Below the pieces are notes generated by a model. That model was not told where the DNA came from. It did not search any database and worked only from the letters and a program-made list of their open reading frames with translations. From a virus: a stretch of DNA of 64,000 bases. Both the position numbers and the translations under genes were made by a program. Location: the IMG/VR virus record IMGVR_UViG_3300011440_000001; one strand, 5' to 3'. Below, one piece after another: positions 56,701 to 64,000 of the stretch; within the stretch, counting starts at the first letter, position 1; each line of letters opens with the position of its first letter.

Positions 56701-58565
56701 ATGCCTGGGATGGCGCGCGGGTCAGGTGCCGCTGGCGGTGGAGGGGGAGGCGGTTCAGTCGGTGGCACTTCCTGCGGCGGCACCGCGGCCGGGGCTGGCG
56801 GCTCCACGACGGGCGCGCCAGCACCTGGCTGGGCAGTAGCATCGGCGGGAGGGGCGACGCCGGGGCCAGGCGCCGGTGATGGCGGCGTGACAGGCGCAGT
56901 GCCGGGGGGCACCGCCGCAGGAGATGGTGGCTCAATGGGGGGCTGTGGCGGTGGCGCGGAAGGGGGCGGCGCAACCTCTGGGCCTTCCGGAGCGGGCACG
57001 CCTGGACCTGGCATCACACCGGGCGGCGGCTGACCGATTGTGGGACCCGGCGGAACGGCTCCCGGCGGAGCCTGCCCTGGCTGAGGCTGTGGAGGCTGAT
57101 ACCCAATCTGCCCCTGGAGATCGACGAGCGCCTTTCTGGCAGCCCCCCTAACCTGAGAGTCTGCCTTGACCTCGTAGATGACCGCCATCAGGGGGTCGCC
57201 AGAGCCTGCCCTGTGGGCGACCTCCTTGAACGCCTCGACCATGCCGGCTTCGTAGGTCAGCCCCTGGATTCCGTCAATGCCCATCGCGATCGCCGCGGAG
57301 ATGCGCTCGGCCATCGGACTGAGGGGCGCCGCCGGGGCGCCAGGCGTAGCAAGAGGAGGCTGCCCCTGGGGCACAGCGGCACCCGGAGTTTGAGGTGTGG
57401 GGGGTGCTGGCCCTCCAGCGGCAGCCTGAGGCGGAACCTGTGGCCCTGGGATTGGTTGTGCCTCTGGCGCGGCCCGCGGCGCCAGCGCTCCCATCCCGAG
57501 ACCGAGAGCCCCGCCAAGGACCCCGGCCTCCGGGACGCCCTCGGACACCGGACGGCCAGTGAGGATGTTGGAAGTCGCCTCCTGCCCCATCTCCTGGCCG
57601 GCCTCGGCAGCGAACCCGCCAACCAGTTGGCGCGCCACGCTCCTGCCGGGGCCGCCACCGAAGATCTCCTGAGCCGGCACAGCCGTCATCGGCACGTTGA
57701 TGGCGAACGCCAGGGCCGCAGCGCGGCCGGCCTCCTGGTCGGAGGCCCCAGATCTCTTCTTCTCGTCCCAGACGAGCGCCCCCTCGAAGAAGCTCTCGGT
57801 GATGATCGGCAGCGCGATCGCGCCAGTCTTCCCGGCGATGGCAGCACCTCCAACGCCAGTCACGAAGAACGGCGCGCTCGAGACCGCGGCTGCCGGCCCA
57901 TGAGCCATCCACCACGATGGGTTCAGGAGCAGCCCAGGCTTGTCGATGATGCTCTCGGCCAGATCTGGAGGCACCGGGTATTGGGTGCCGATCTTCTCGC
58001 CCTTGCCACGCAGCCTCTCGCCGATGTCTGTCGGGCCGTATGGCTGTGCTCTGCGCTCCTGGAGGACCTTCGCGTACGAACCATCCGGGAGGCCCCTACG
58101 CTGCTCCCACTCCCGGCGTGCCTGCGGGTCTTCGATGGGCGGCCATGTCAGGCGCTCCAGCATCTCCAGCCCAGAACCAGCGCCGGACACAAGTGAACTG
58201 ACTCCGCGCATGATGCTCGGGCCGATTTCCGCTGCCGCCGGTGGCATGGGCTCTGTGCGGAACTGACCGCGCTGCGTGGGCAGCGATGGCGGCGGTGGCT
58301 GCTGAGTCGCCCCGGCCCCCGGAGGGTGTGATGCTTCAGGGGCCAGGGCGGCTGCTGGCAGAGGCGGCGATGGCGAGCCGGCCCCTACAGGTGGGATCCC
58401 TTCATCTTGCTGCAGGTACGGCAGGCGAAGCTGCGCCGGGTCGGGCAGTTCACCAGCGCTCTCGATGAGGTCGTGGTACTTCTGCCGCACCCGCATCGGG
58501 TCGTGACGGTATTTGCGGCGGCCTGTCGTCGTTCCCGGTGGAGATGTGGTGGTGGCTGTGGCCAT
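47709..58565 (-). CDS. 3618-aa multidomain protein: Pro-rich disordered N-terminal ~900 aa, N6-adenine DNA MTase domain, SNF2/DExH helicase (N and C lobes), then an ~1100-aa C-terminal region (DarB-like antirestriction / virion megaprotein)
   Basis: MTase motif I VLEPSAGTGNL and motif IV AIMNPPW. Helicase Walker A VGTGKSRMALG, DExH box WIADEVHELKN, motif VI QRMGRVDRANQ. Single uninterrupted ORF. Confidence 0.7.
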   Translation of the reverse strand: MATATTTSPPGTTTGRRKYRHDPMRVRQKYHDLIESAGELPDPAQLRLPYLQQDEGIPPVGAGSPSPPLPAAALAPEASHPPGAGATQQPPPPSLPTQRGQFRTEPMPPAAAEIGPSIMRGVSSLVSGAGSGLEMLERLTWPPIEDPQARREWEQRRGLPDGSYAKVLQERRAQPYGPTDIGERLRGKGEKIGTQYPVPPDLAESIIDKPGLLLNPSWWMAHGPAAAVSSAPFFVTGVGGAAIAGKTGAIALPIITESFFEGALVWDEKKRSGASDQEAGRAAALAFAINVPMTAVPAQEIFGGGPGRSVARQLVGGFAAEAGQEMGQEATSNILTGRPVSEGVPEAGVLGGALGLGMGALAPRAAPEAQPIPGPQVPPQAAAGGPAPPTPQTPGAAVPQGQPPLATPGAPAAPLSPMAERISAAIAMGIDGIQGLTYEAGMVEAFKEVAHRAGSGDPLMAVIYEVKADSQVRGAARKALVDLQGQIGYQPPQPQPGQAPPGAVPPGPTIGQPPPGVMPGPGVPAPEGPEVAPPPSAPPPQPPIEPPSPAAVPPGTAPVTPPSPAPGPGVAPPADATAQPGAGAPVVEPPAPAAVPPQEVPPTEPPPPPPPAAPDPRAIPGIEHVPPEAHQRLIDALADAGVLVARGESGLPVLADPDSDKGKARAVVMDLLDDLAMEAPVEAPPPEAPTETAAPKVTFAPGDRVVVPHFGEGRFVSYINDKGAQVARPQPGGRAMVEVGQEPQVTRQVFHVEQIAPAPAPPEAGVAVAEPPTGAGAPPQDAAVRLAAFHEEIAALKREEEEQGKTGHFLKPGFDPAELTEDDLAIWERVKSGEATREQFEQYRKGLQEAGGASRSAFGSFIANKMVGVLASKERAVAPPEEAVPTDTPVRLLTRAFATRLREGVEIPKKPSELRQLAVSLTGRPVDAIDADFIDAVYDGLEGAASILFAEKFPHGAHLASAIATAADVEGIFGSRTRTLGIRDKQQFSTPLPIAQIAAHLLGPPVEGGLVLEPSAGTGNLAEAARLRGHDVVPIEMDQRRADVLRELDYVATAADIFRHQDTAVYDGAIMNPPWEKGTRFVARVPFEQDDIADAFVFKTMKLLKDGARLVAVLPEHYMESVTEGKAKGLISWLRNEHTLEGIIAMPPDSYKTRGTNVGSVIVVARKGQAETTPTPLREHVAQASTWGEALIAADKIEPTNTAPRPTKEPVAPPTPPQNTLVSPEEAEAAEDDIRKWLGEPTKQPPAGRRPRRGMFGRVVAAQEPTGGPPPEEPGAVRPIPPKIMQALVKVGTAAVETSARIQHGPPVVTYGAWAETMAQKFGPEVVSLLPRVWRRIQRVEHKDTAIPGIGKVADLMVGSEENPDGIPEERPDTKAPAPTPGVGGQPPRGPGGGGAASGGQAPAGAGPVQPPGPGEPVGGGPGVPAPDVVAETQRDGRTTVTIRSGAGLRTTDLDTTGLAPRFKVRRIRDFYEVQASPHFEFSPPQPGRRGNPHLRLFVEPRSLAAVQDPAIAVPVDDKYLEGLSDEQRSEVDLLAQAFSAGHGRVAGYDVGTGKSRMALGLMKWLIGEYDTSNGTRGAARIIYSTKNHQNIYKFFAEEVKNVGGLQVGGKDIPWMQAVDYPAAKTDRPSDPWTPFPTDVRLIAIPNIPVHMVGFEQAMAHWINTSPGPVVWIADEVHELKNVYGTTPAASAESFMNLQRAVLDDENSQIFYFTATPAEDPDELRVYVGLREFGPLAQDFDNYANWITGHADQQGNTQGVAGAASTGDTSITVPEMEQLVREWKGKGKWAARSMWKGGQQYQVHEPEVAEERMGVFDTYVDFVRRIYTTATEFTKDKRTGKSFSKSAARSRMLVLAQLTNHVKRMMAEWRLDPTLDMVQGYLDNVPEGEIPKSIVVSIVEGAAKGGAGAVAEERAGRLDAAISLINDMDKEGDTISDAQVAKQMLADELETMPQLRDIVKTFQERFGENKVAIITGQIHSLNERIAMLDSFQKGEKPILIISDAGSAGLDAHHVYDSGPGHRQRVFLPIDYDWSATKFFQRMGRVDRANQITSPIIALVKMPFRSELKFLTTVANRLRMLGVTSRGQADVVTTSNLSTHEIDHRIGRNVVQNIWDRIPPDYKSLFLNKGFYHNNKIAHTALDVRAGSREYLNDLLLMPHKVANDLHDMFMKRYAVEYKMALDHGERLQTERGKGRILRSMPLAEDLTIHDVATGHMFAWVPGAKGGESGWVSKESHHFSVVSGIVMSSDLNHMNRVRQVLEQRDMRHYVTIETSDAIISGHRVPPGRRDRLARVFNIIDLAATPDTLQSFLDAGEKVPMVKVGAAGKQWVMRRNTKGQYLIGNAVMKDRPELSEWAAGNGIREVDIYAAANASGEQWHVPGAHLASFARTFRIAPNVRDDTTPPPGGAGKAFGLKPKRGAAASRAPMPPQQPSGQSPTSFPPDLPGAAAVKWPTRTKRSAFRGVDPFSLWHAVRQWLPRRFTESEKSELKGRIQFAIEMSRKMQRNIRINAIRNDARALADYHPGTQLTRTKGAPTFGTLAHEDLGHHFQMMIYGGSPNKFAQTMHMAVEAIIADMQRATGGKPADRRLVRKRIQAEIRALLRDYAVSKGTPIYSEAFAEWARLTVEDPAEAQRRAPTLSAIWAATVREFPELQDMVDWARSVQQAWDASPEYARAMTHLHYPGDNPFPTKWQKFMYRFLDSLDSVKKLGDALVREGAPVPDPTEDLRMIATTQAARDGLTMRAILTDTWEYGASYEVGRGISLKQALGSVADRAITEIDLYFVAREADYLRRTRGWSPERYTGLTGKEVDSVLARHAVDDAMKQAYDKYQEYNNWLLRFRWKAGFLTRAQYIRIKNMNEVYTPLMRWREFIEADQASGSGAAKFAGRAKGIYRREGGVWPIVSPIQSTLKQTRDLMASVEGNRVGQLLIRLARSHPEVARWGNEVPPPVEPAKIPFARIAEALGVSPKELVDMIGGDVDLLDDVLTFWMPSSRDPRKRTISAWIGGKKKYFQFRESEEQTYQAMLGLDGGDVSILSWLFGPAARIMRESIVLWPPFWARQARDLFAMKVRTQKDAKIRHVPKNFGMALIGTDFARSILERIDKHSKVKGLVARWNSITPTEMDELLVRGPGTYASMAHFLSLDPLQMEKFILKHISSKPYSTAARGKMAKVRQLVALHPTSPVRWANGVLDVMRQFGMAVEMAPRLTEMRAMGADTIATEDDMIRVGYAGRMVTIDFAQGGAWAKKWAVTSAFFKPNVLGWKMSVDTFTDPKTRSTAWRNAVLGITLPTIALVLLRHALEREKDFDSIPIHIRTRYWMIPLPNGGWYQMPKPHEFGLAFATSLEALFEWARHEDPGAFEAWAAEMWRSIPDPTPTLLAPIIQNYANWRGYSNTKIVSGSQERRLPEAQYYVSTSNTAKAIADLMGSLPGLKEIEMLTSPAKVENLISGYVPGLGTEIIDWAELAGAKAGITPERYDLSPGTTGIGRVFHYVTPFNTEPVRQLYEQYMDAANAHATLTFYTTGEMRDEVRAKRFREEHVDALKALPRLRNTVEQVNRLRKREHVAGGEEKERLRAEADALARSAVGYRQPIGLQGVRPGLQQMYGAGGRGRGRSRPSP

Positions 58566-60271
58566 CAGTCGATGAGCCCGGCGAGGGCGAACATCCTGAC
58601 GACGAAGTCATCGATCGTCTCGCCCGCCGCGGCCTCATCGTACCCCTGCGCGAGCAACTCGTCCACAAGGGTCTGACCGATCTCTTCGTTTTCCATTCCC
58701 TCGTTGCGCAGATCGATCATGTAGTCCACGATCGCAGCCTCGCTCGAGAGATCCGGCCGGTCTTCTTCGTCCGGCACCTGCCCGCCGGTGGTGGGCGTGA
58801 TCGGCGCGCCGGGCATCTGAACTGTCGTCTGCCCGCCAGCCTGCCCTGTCGGCGCGGGCGCCCCAGGTGGCTGCATCAGGGTCGCCTCAGTTGGTGCGCC
58901 GGGAATCCCGGCTTCCGACATCAACTGGCTCGCGACCCGAGCCTCGAATCCGAGATCGATGAGTTCCCTGTACAGCAGCTCTGGCGTGCCGCTGCCGGCC
59001 TGGTAGCGCTTCGAGACGTAGGTGACTGCGGTGGCCGGGTCGATGATCGTCCCTACGACTCCAGCCCTCCCGGCAGCCCCTGCCCCCACCGCTGCCGGCG
59101 CCTGCCCTCCGGCCGCGGGTTCGTTTGGTTGCGGCGGGCCTGCTGGCGCCTGCTGTGGCGCCGGTGGTGCCGCGCCAGGCTCGCGCCACGACGGCGTCCC
59201 AGACGGTGGCCGCGGCGGAGAGCCAAGCTCGAGATCCCCGTTGCGCTTCATCTGGCGGTCGAGTTCGCGCCGCGCCTCGTTGAGTTCGCCTTCCAACCGC
59301 GCGATCTGCGTCTCGTTGAACGTCGCCTCAGCGGCTGCGAGCTGCCCCTCGATCGTCCCGACCTTGTCTCGCGCCGCCTCCTGGTCGCTGAAGATCGTCT
59401 GCCAGCGCTGCAGCTTCTTGATCTTCCAAGCGTTGTCGAGGTAGTGGTACTTGTCCCACGACTCATCGACTTTGCCCTGCTTGGGGGCGCCGGTCTGCTC
59501 GGAGCGCTTCTGCTGCATCCACACCGGATCGACAATCCATTTGCCTGGGCCAGTCTGGACGTATGGCACCTGCTCGCCTGTGGTTGGGTGCGGGACGATC
59601 TTCCGGTAGTTCGGGTCATCTGGAGCCATGCCCCCCGCGGCGGTGTCCGGCACGCGAGTGACGTGGCCAGTCATCGGATCCCTCATGAAGGTGATTGGGG
59701 CCTTGGTGACAGGATGGGGCTCGGTGAACAGCGGCACCTCGGCGCTGGTGACTGGCATCCCCAACAGCGAGAAGTCCCAGTACGGCGCGGTGAGGAAGTC
59801 ATGCTGCTTTTTCGGGTCGTAGACGTTGATGGGGATCCCGGCTGCCTTCAATTCCGCGAGGCGCCTGGAGGCGCGCTGGTGCATGACCGTCTCTGTGACC
59901 TTCGCGTCGTAAATGTTCGCCAGGTTCGAGCGGCCGGATTCGAGTGCCTCTGGTGTCGCGAACTCGCTCGGCGGGCGATGCACACCTTGCTGCAGGTAGA
60001 GGTCCGAGAGTTTGTTGGCGCCCTGGACCTGGGCTCTCCACTGCTGCACCGCGAGGGGCCACTTGAGGCCGCTCTTCCAGAAGCTCGGCGGCTTGATGAG
60101 GGGATCGTAGGTGGGGGCTGGCTGCCGCCTGGCTGGTTCTGCTGGCGGTGGGGTTGCGGCAGAGTCTGGTGTCGGCTCAGGCGAGGCTGCGCCGCGGCGG
60201 CGGCGGCGCGGCGGTGCTGCCGCCGGCATACCCGCCATCGCTGCCATGCGAGCCAGTCCAGGTCCAGGCAT
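58565..60271 (-). CDS. Pro/Ala-rich hypothetical virion protein (568 aa)
   Basis: Stop overlaps the start of the giant gene. Central coiled coil. Confidence 0.4.
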   Translation of the reverse strand: MPGPGLARMAAMAGMPAAAPPRRRRRGAASPEPTPDSAATPPPAEPARRQPAPTYDPLIKPPSFWKSGLKWPLAVQQWRAQVQGANKLSDLYLQQGVHRPPSEFATPEALESGRSNLANIYDAKVTETVMHQRASRRLAELKAAGIPINVYDPKKQHDFLTAPYWDFSLLGMPVTSAEVPLFTEPHPVTKAPITFMRDPMTGHVTRVPDTAAGGMAPDDPNYRKIVPHPTTGEQVPYVQTGPGKWIVDPVWMQQKRSEQTGAPKQGKVDESWDKYHYLDNAWKIKKLQRWQTIFSDQEAARDKVGTIEGQLAAAEATFNETQIARLEGELNEARRELDRQMKRNGDLELGSPPRPPSGTPSWREPGAAPPAPQQAPAGPPQPNEPAAGGQAPAAVGAGAAGRAGVVGTIIDPATAVTYVSKRYQAGSGTPELLYRELIDLGFEARVASQLMSEAGIPGAPTEATLMQPPGAPAPTGQAGGQTTVQMPGAPITPTTGGQVPDEEDRPDLSSEAAIVDYMIDLRNEGMENEEIGQTLVDELLAQGYDEAAAGETIDDFVVRMFALAGLID

Positions 60272-60285
60272 TTACGTGCGCGACC

Positions 60286-60570
60286 TCAGTATTCGGGGAT
60301 CGGCTTGCTCTTGCGCTTTGGCGCTCCAGGCGCCGGCTGTCTCTTGGCGTACATCGTCTTGATCGATGGTGCGCGCTTTTTCCGGTCGCCGAAGCCTGGG
60401 TATTTGGCACGAGCGCTCCGGTAGCCCTGCAGTGCCGCTGCCCAGCCGCTCGGCTGCTGCGGCGCGGCCATTCCAGGGTTCGGTGCTGGCGTCACGGTAA
60501 TTGGTGGCGGCTGCAGCTCCGGTCGAGCCGACCCTGGGTTCGCCATTCGTGGCGGGTTGAATGCTGCCAT
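60286..60570 (-). CDS. small Pro-rich basic protein (94 aa)
   Basis: ORF. Confidence 0.3.
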   Translation of the reverse strand: MAAFNPPRMANPGSARPELQPPPITVTPAPNPGMAAPQQPSGWAAALQGYRSARAKYPGFGDRKKRAPSIKTMYAKRQPAPGAPKRKSKPIPEY

Positions 60571-60585
60571 TGGCCTACCCTCCTT

Positions 60586-61161
60586 TCATCCTGCCATGCC
60601 GCCGGTGTAGAAGTCGGCGACGGCCCCGGCAGCGCGCCCCACGGCCTCGTAACGCTGCTTTCTGCGATTGAACTTCTCGAGATTCGCCTGGTAGCTAGCA
60701 GCCGCGTTCTGGTTGTAGAGATCCGCGGACTGCCCATACGCTTCACTCACGCCGCCCATCCTGAAGGCCAGGTCCGCGCGCGCCTGGCGCTCGCCCTCGA
60801 GCCCAACACGCTCGCCAAGCCTCATGCGGTCTTCGCGCTGGCCGCGCTCCACTCCTTCCTGGGCTTTGAGGTACGCCGTGCCCTTGGTGCCGTAGGGGCT
60901 CGTCGCGTAGATGTCGTGGACGCGCTGCTTCTCGGCCCCGCGCGCACCCTCCGACAACCCATACATCGTGGCCAGCGAGCGCTGCGAGTACCCCAGGCCC
61001 TGCTGGCCATATGGATCGGCACCGTAGAGCCCCTCGATGTCCTGCTTCTGGCGAGTCTCGTAGCCGCGGATCGTGCCCTTCTTCGGCTTGTAACCGCGGT
61101 ACTTCGGGCCACTGCCGCCGAATGCTCCCGTGATCTGCGCGCCCTGCTCTGCGAACGACAT
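60586..61161 (-). CDS. hypothetical virion protein (Gly/Tyr/Arg-rich, 191 aa)
   Basis: ORF. Confidence 0.4.
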   Translation of the reverse strand: MSFAEQGAQITGAFGGSGPKYRGYKPKKGTIRGYETRQKQDIEGLYGADPYGQQGLGYSQRSLATMYGLSEGARGAEKQRVHDIYATSPYGTKGTAYLKAQEGVERGQREDRMRLGERVGLEGERQARADLAFRMGGVSEAYGQSADLYNQNAAASYQANLEKFNRRKQRYEAVGRAAGAVADFYTGGMAG

Positions 61162-61179
61162 TGCCTGTCCTCCTGAACT

Positions 61180-62784
61180 TTACAAGAGCGTCTTCACCAC
61201 GGTGAGTTCGGTGCCGGCGCTATTGTACCAGCACACATACAGATACGTCCCATCACTCGTGACGCCACAGGCAACCTGGTTCGCCTGGCCGGCCTTCCAT
61301 GGGTTGTTCTGGCTGATGTTGCCATTGCCGGCGGGCCACAGCGAAATCTCTCCGTCGCCTTCCTGCCAGATCCGGTAGTGCCCGTCGAAGTATCCCGTGT
61401 TCGCCGTGGCCACTACGGTGCTGCCAAACACGAAGCTCGCATCCAAGAACTGCCGGCCGACGCTGTAGTAGTTACCGCCGGTAGAAGTAGTGCTTATGAA
61501 CGTGTCGCCATCGAAGATGAGCGGCGCCCCGCAGTCCGCACCTCCGACGTTGATGCGGATGTCACCTGTATCGAGGCAGTTGCTTGACTGGTCAATGTCG
61601 CACGATCCCAGGTTCGCCGGGTCGCAACTCCTGATGCAGCACTCAGCAGAGCCAGCGTTCTCGGCCCACAGGATGGCTACCCGCTCTGTCCCGTCCCACT
61701 TCCACATCACCAGATCGCGCCCGTCCACGTCAGTGTCGATGTCGTAGGTGAGCTTCGTGGTGTCGCCTGTGGCGGCGACGGTGCGGTAGATAATCCGATC
61801 GTTGGTCATTGTGTTGTCTTGGCCGAGGGTGAAGATGGCGACCCCGCTCGTCTCAATCACGCTCGTCACAACGGCATCCACCGAATCGCTCGCCTCGAGG
61901 TCTTCGAGCGTCGTGACACCGTCGTTGGTCGCGATCTTCAGGAGACTTGGGTTGCGCGCGCCAGCGTTGCCGGCGGTGAGCACATAGACCGACCCATCGG
62001 GATGGCACTCCAGGTCCGCGGGGTTGTCCTCAGCCGTGAGCGAGATCGACGAGGTCTGCGTCATCGCCTCCTTGTTGAGTTTGAGCACATAGTCGAGCCC
62101 TGTGCTGGTGTCGTTCACGGCGACGTAGAGCTGTGCGTTGCAGTAGATGAGGTCCACACCGGCATCGGCCGTCAGCCCTGTCGTCTTGAACCGCGTCCTG
62201 ACATCGCCGACGAACACCTGGTCGCGGGCGGTGGCCAGATCGACGACATGCGCCGCCGAGCCGCCCAGCGAGTTCTGCAGCGCCGTGTCCAGCATTGAGA
62301 GGGTGATGGACCCTGACGTGAGTGGGTCTGCCCCGCCCGAGGCATGCCGCGAGGCGTGAAGGCTTACCAGCGTGCCGGTCTCCAGGATCTCGAGGTCTTC
62401 AATCTCGTCGGCGCCGCCGTTCTCGTGGCGCGCGCTATGGTCCTTGAACTGCGTGCTGCCATTGACCGGGTCGTCGATTGGGACCAGCTTGCTCCACACG
62501 ATGCTCGCGTTGGTCGCGATGTTGTCGTTGGTGATCTGGCCGTTGAGCACCGTGCAGGCCGCCGCCCAGTTATCGTTGAAGTCCGCGGCGCTGGGAACCT
62601 GGTTGAAGACGAAGATGTTCGGGATCTCGCAGGTCGTCGCGAGCACGGCCGTGGGGCCGAGAAGCTGCATGGACACCGTGAAGGCCGCCACCAGCAGGAA
62701 GGCCAGGCCGCCGATGATCCCGAGGCGCGCCCACGGCGGAAGCGTCATCACTGGCGAGGGTCGTCGCATTGGCTCATTGATCAT
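61180..62784 (-). CDS. tail fibre / receptor-binding-like protein with N-terminal TM/signal segment
   Basis: 534 aa, Asn/Thr/Ser/Gly-rich beta-like, repeated H-x-x-GGAD motifs, Cys-rich C-terminus. Confidence 0.45.
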   Translation of the reverse strand: MINEPMRRPSPVMTLPPWARLGIIGGLAFLLVAAFTVSMQLLGPTAVLATTCEIPNIFVFNQVPSAADFNDNWAAACTVLNGQITNDNIATNASIVWSKLVPIDDPVNGSTQFKDHSARHENGGADEIEDLEILETGTLVSLHASRHASGGADPLTSGSITLSMLDTALQNSLGGSAAHVVDLATARDQVFVGDVRTRFKTTGLTADAGVDLIYCNAQLYVAVNDTSTGLDYVLKLNKEAMTQTSSISLTAEDNPADLECHPDGSVYVLTAGNAGARNPSLLKIATNDGVTTLEDLEASDSVDAVVTSVIETSGVAIFTLGQDNTMTNDRIIYRTVAATGDTTKLTYDIDTDVDGRDLVMWKWDGTERVAILWAENAGSAECCIRSCDPANLGSCDIDQSSNCLDTGDIRINVGGADCGAPLIFDGDTFISTTSTGGNYYSVGRQFLDASFVFGSTVVATANTGYFDGHYRIWQEGDGEISLWPAGNGNISQNNPWKAGQANQVACGVTSDGTYLYVCWYNSAGTELTVVKTLL

Positions 62785-63290
62785 GTCGTCGGTCTCCTCT
62801 GCGCTGCGTCACGTTCCCAACGTTTCAGATACGCCACTGCCTTCACGAGGATCGCGTGGTCGTCCTTGACTCGGCCAAGCACCCAGTTGCACTGACGACA
62901 CAGAACGCCGCGTGGTCCGCGACCATCGTGCCAGTGGTCAGCGTGGGCGCCCGCCGGGCCACGACCTGTCGTCATCTGGATCCCGCAGATCGCGCATCTA
63001 CCCCCCTGCTCTGCCATCCGGGCTGAGTAGACCTCTGGGGTGAAGCCGTTCTTCAGTCGCTTCGCGGCGACGGCCAACTCCGCGAGCTTAGCTCGGTTCT
63101 TGCGCTTCCACTCTTCCGCCTTCGCTGCGTGCCGCTGCGGGTTGGCGTGATAGCGCGCCCGCATCGCTGCGAGCAGCCGCTCCCGGTGCTTGTAGTAGTA
63201 CGCCCGTCTCTCAGCTCGCGTTTTGGCTGGGGCGGCCTTGCGCCTCCGGCGCTGGGTCTCGTTGCGTCTCTCTTGGTGCGTTTGCATCAC
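62781..63290 (-). CDS. endonuclease VII-like HNH nuclease
   Basis: CAICG…AHADHWHDG…RGVLCRQCN matches the T4 endoVII/HNH zinc-binding pattern. Confidence 0.5.
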   Translation of the reverse strand: MMQTHQERRNETQRRRRKAAPAKTRAERRAYYYKHRERLLAAMRARYHANPQRHAAKAEEWKRKNRAKLAELAVAAKRLKNGFTPEVYSARMAEQGGRCAICGIQMTTGRGPAGAHADHWHDGRGPRGVLCRQCNWVLGRVKDDHAILVKAVAYLKRWERDAAQRRPTT

Positions 63291-63302
63291 TGGCCCCCGC
63301 GG

Positions 63303-63707
63303 CTATGTAGTGGGGCGACGGGTTAAGCGAAAAGTCAAGTTCGTCTCCTTGCCCACCGTGCATCGTAACACCACGCTCTTGTCTGTCCACAGCAGCTTGT
63401 CCTCGGGGGTCGCGTAGACGATCCCGCCGTAGTCGCCGTTGTCCACCATCGCCACGCGCTCTGGCAGATAACCGAGGTTGTGGGTGACGACGAACCGCAC
63501 GTCCTCGACGGGCGGCGTAGGCCCCGCGTACTCAATCTCCACCCCAGCGAGCAGCGCGATGGCCTGCTCGGTCTTGCGCCACAGCTCCTCTTCGTCGGCG
63601 TCCTTCATCTTGCGGCGCTTCTTGATCCTCAGCACGTAACCCCTGATCCCGCTTCCGGTGGTTGCCATCAGATCTTCCTTGCCGCCAGGCGCACCGGGTT
63701 GGCCCAC
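63303..63707 (-). CDS. hypothetical protein
   Basis: ORF. Real start may be Met14. Confidence 0.35.
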   Translation of the reverse strand: MGQPGAPGGKEDLMATTGSGIRGYVLRIKKRRKMKDADEEELWRKTEQAIALLAGVEIEYAGPTPPVEDVRFVVTHNLGYLPERVAMVDNGDYGGIVYATPEDKLLWTDKSVVLRCTVGKETNLTFRLTRRPTT

Positions 63708-64000
63708 AGGAAGAAGTTGCTGATGTAGGGAGCTTCATCGAGCCGGTTGTTGCGCCAGCGGATCGCGATCGTCCTGTGGCGCCCCATGCTCAGCACGCCT
63801 CGCTGAACATGGCCGGCCTTGCCGCCGATGGCGCTCACGCCAATAGTGAACGTGACGCCGATGGCCGCACCAAGCATGGGCGCGATCGAACCTGAGTCAC
63901 CCGCACCGCCTTCCCAGTCGTAGAATGCCTCGTAGTCCAGAGGCCAGTTCCCCCCGCCACGCATCACCATGTCGATGTAGTGGTAGCGCTTGAGTACCAC
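63668..64000 (-). CDS. hypothetical protein, 5'-partial at window edge
   Basis: ORF runs to the window boundary. Confidence 0.3.
   Translation of the reverse strand: MVLKRYHYIDMVMRGGGNWPLDYEAFYDWEGGAGDSGSIAPMLGAAIGVTFTIGVSAIGGKAGHVQRGVLSMGRHRTIAIRWRNNRLDEAPYISNFFLWANPVRLAARKI

Noticed and set aside
48507-56879. Many long Arg/Pro/Gly-rich plus-strand ORFs (for example 48507..51641, 52527..53978, 54084..55601, 55692..56879)
   Set aside because: They are antisense to the 3618-aa gene. Their composition is typical of high-GC antisense frames, and they have no SD sites or motifs.

Overview
High-GC (~65-67%) window that reads as a nearly complete, circularly permuted tailed-phage or prophage genome. 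Strong Shine-Dalgarno sites and ATGA/GTGA start-stop overlaps are used throughout. A minus-strand late block runs 15286->1 and continues 64000->44849. It holds the terminase nuclease domain, portal, scaffold, major capsid, several virion proteins, two fiber-like proteins, a 3618-aa MTase + SNF2-helicase megaprotein (DarB-like) and a lysis cassette with an M15-type endolysin. No tape-measure, tube or sheath genes were recognised, which suggests a short-tailed virion with internal or ejection proteins (inference only). A plus-strand early block (15350->44859) holds about 60 mostly small, translationally coupled genes. These include RadC/JAB, a pentapeptide-repeat protein, tandem paralogs, an IS1595-like transposase N-terminal fragment, Rsr/Ro60 (TROVE+vWA) next to a Y-RNA-like element carrying a circularly permuted tRNA-like module, a PD-(D/E)XK nuclease, a ParB-like nuclease, an SPFH protein, Gp37/Gp68, a small DNA MTase and RusA. 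It also holds tRNA-Pro(TGG), tRNA-Met/Ile(CAU) and a tRNA-Leu-like gene with an 8-nt anticodon loop. Three observations stand out. First, the terminase large subunit is split into an ATPase half (+ strand) and a nuclease half (- strand) that face away from each other, consistent with a ~1.3 kb inversion. Second, a promoter with an embedded palindromic operator (TTGACA-N4-TGTCAA) recurs four times. Third, a 1.5 kb gene-poor, iteron-rich region lies at 22.0-23.5 kb. All functional calls come from motif-level reading of the translated ORFs. No database search was possible.
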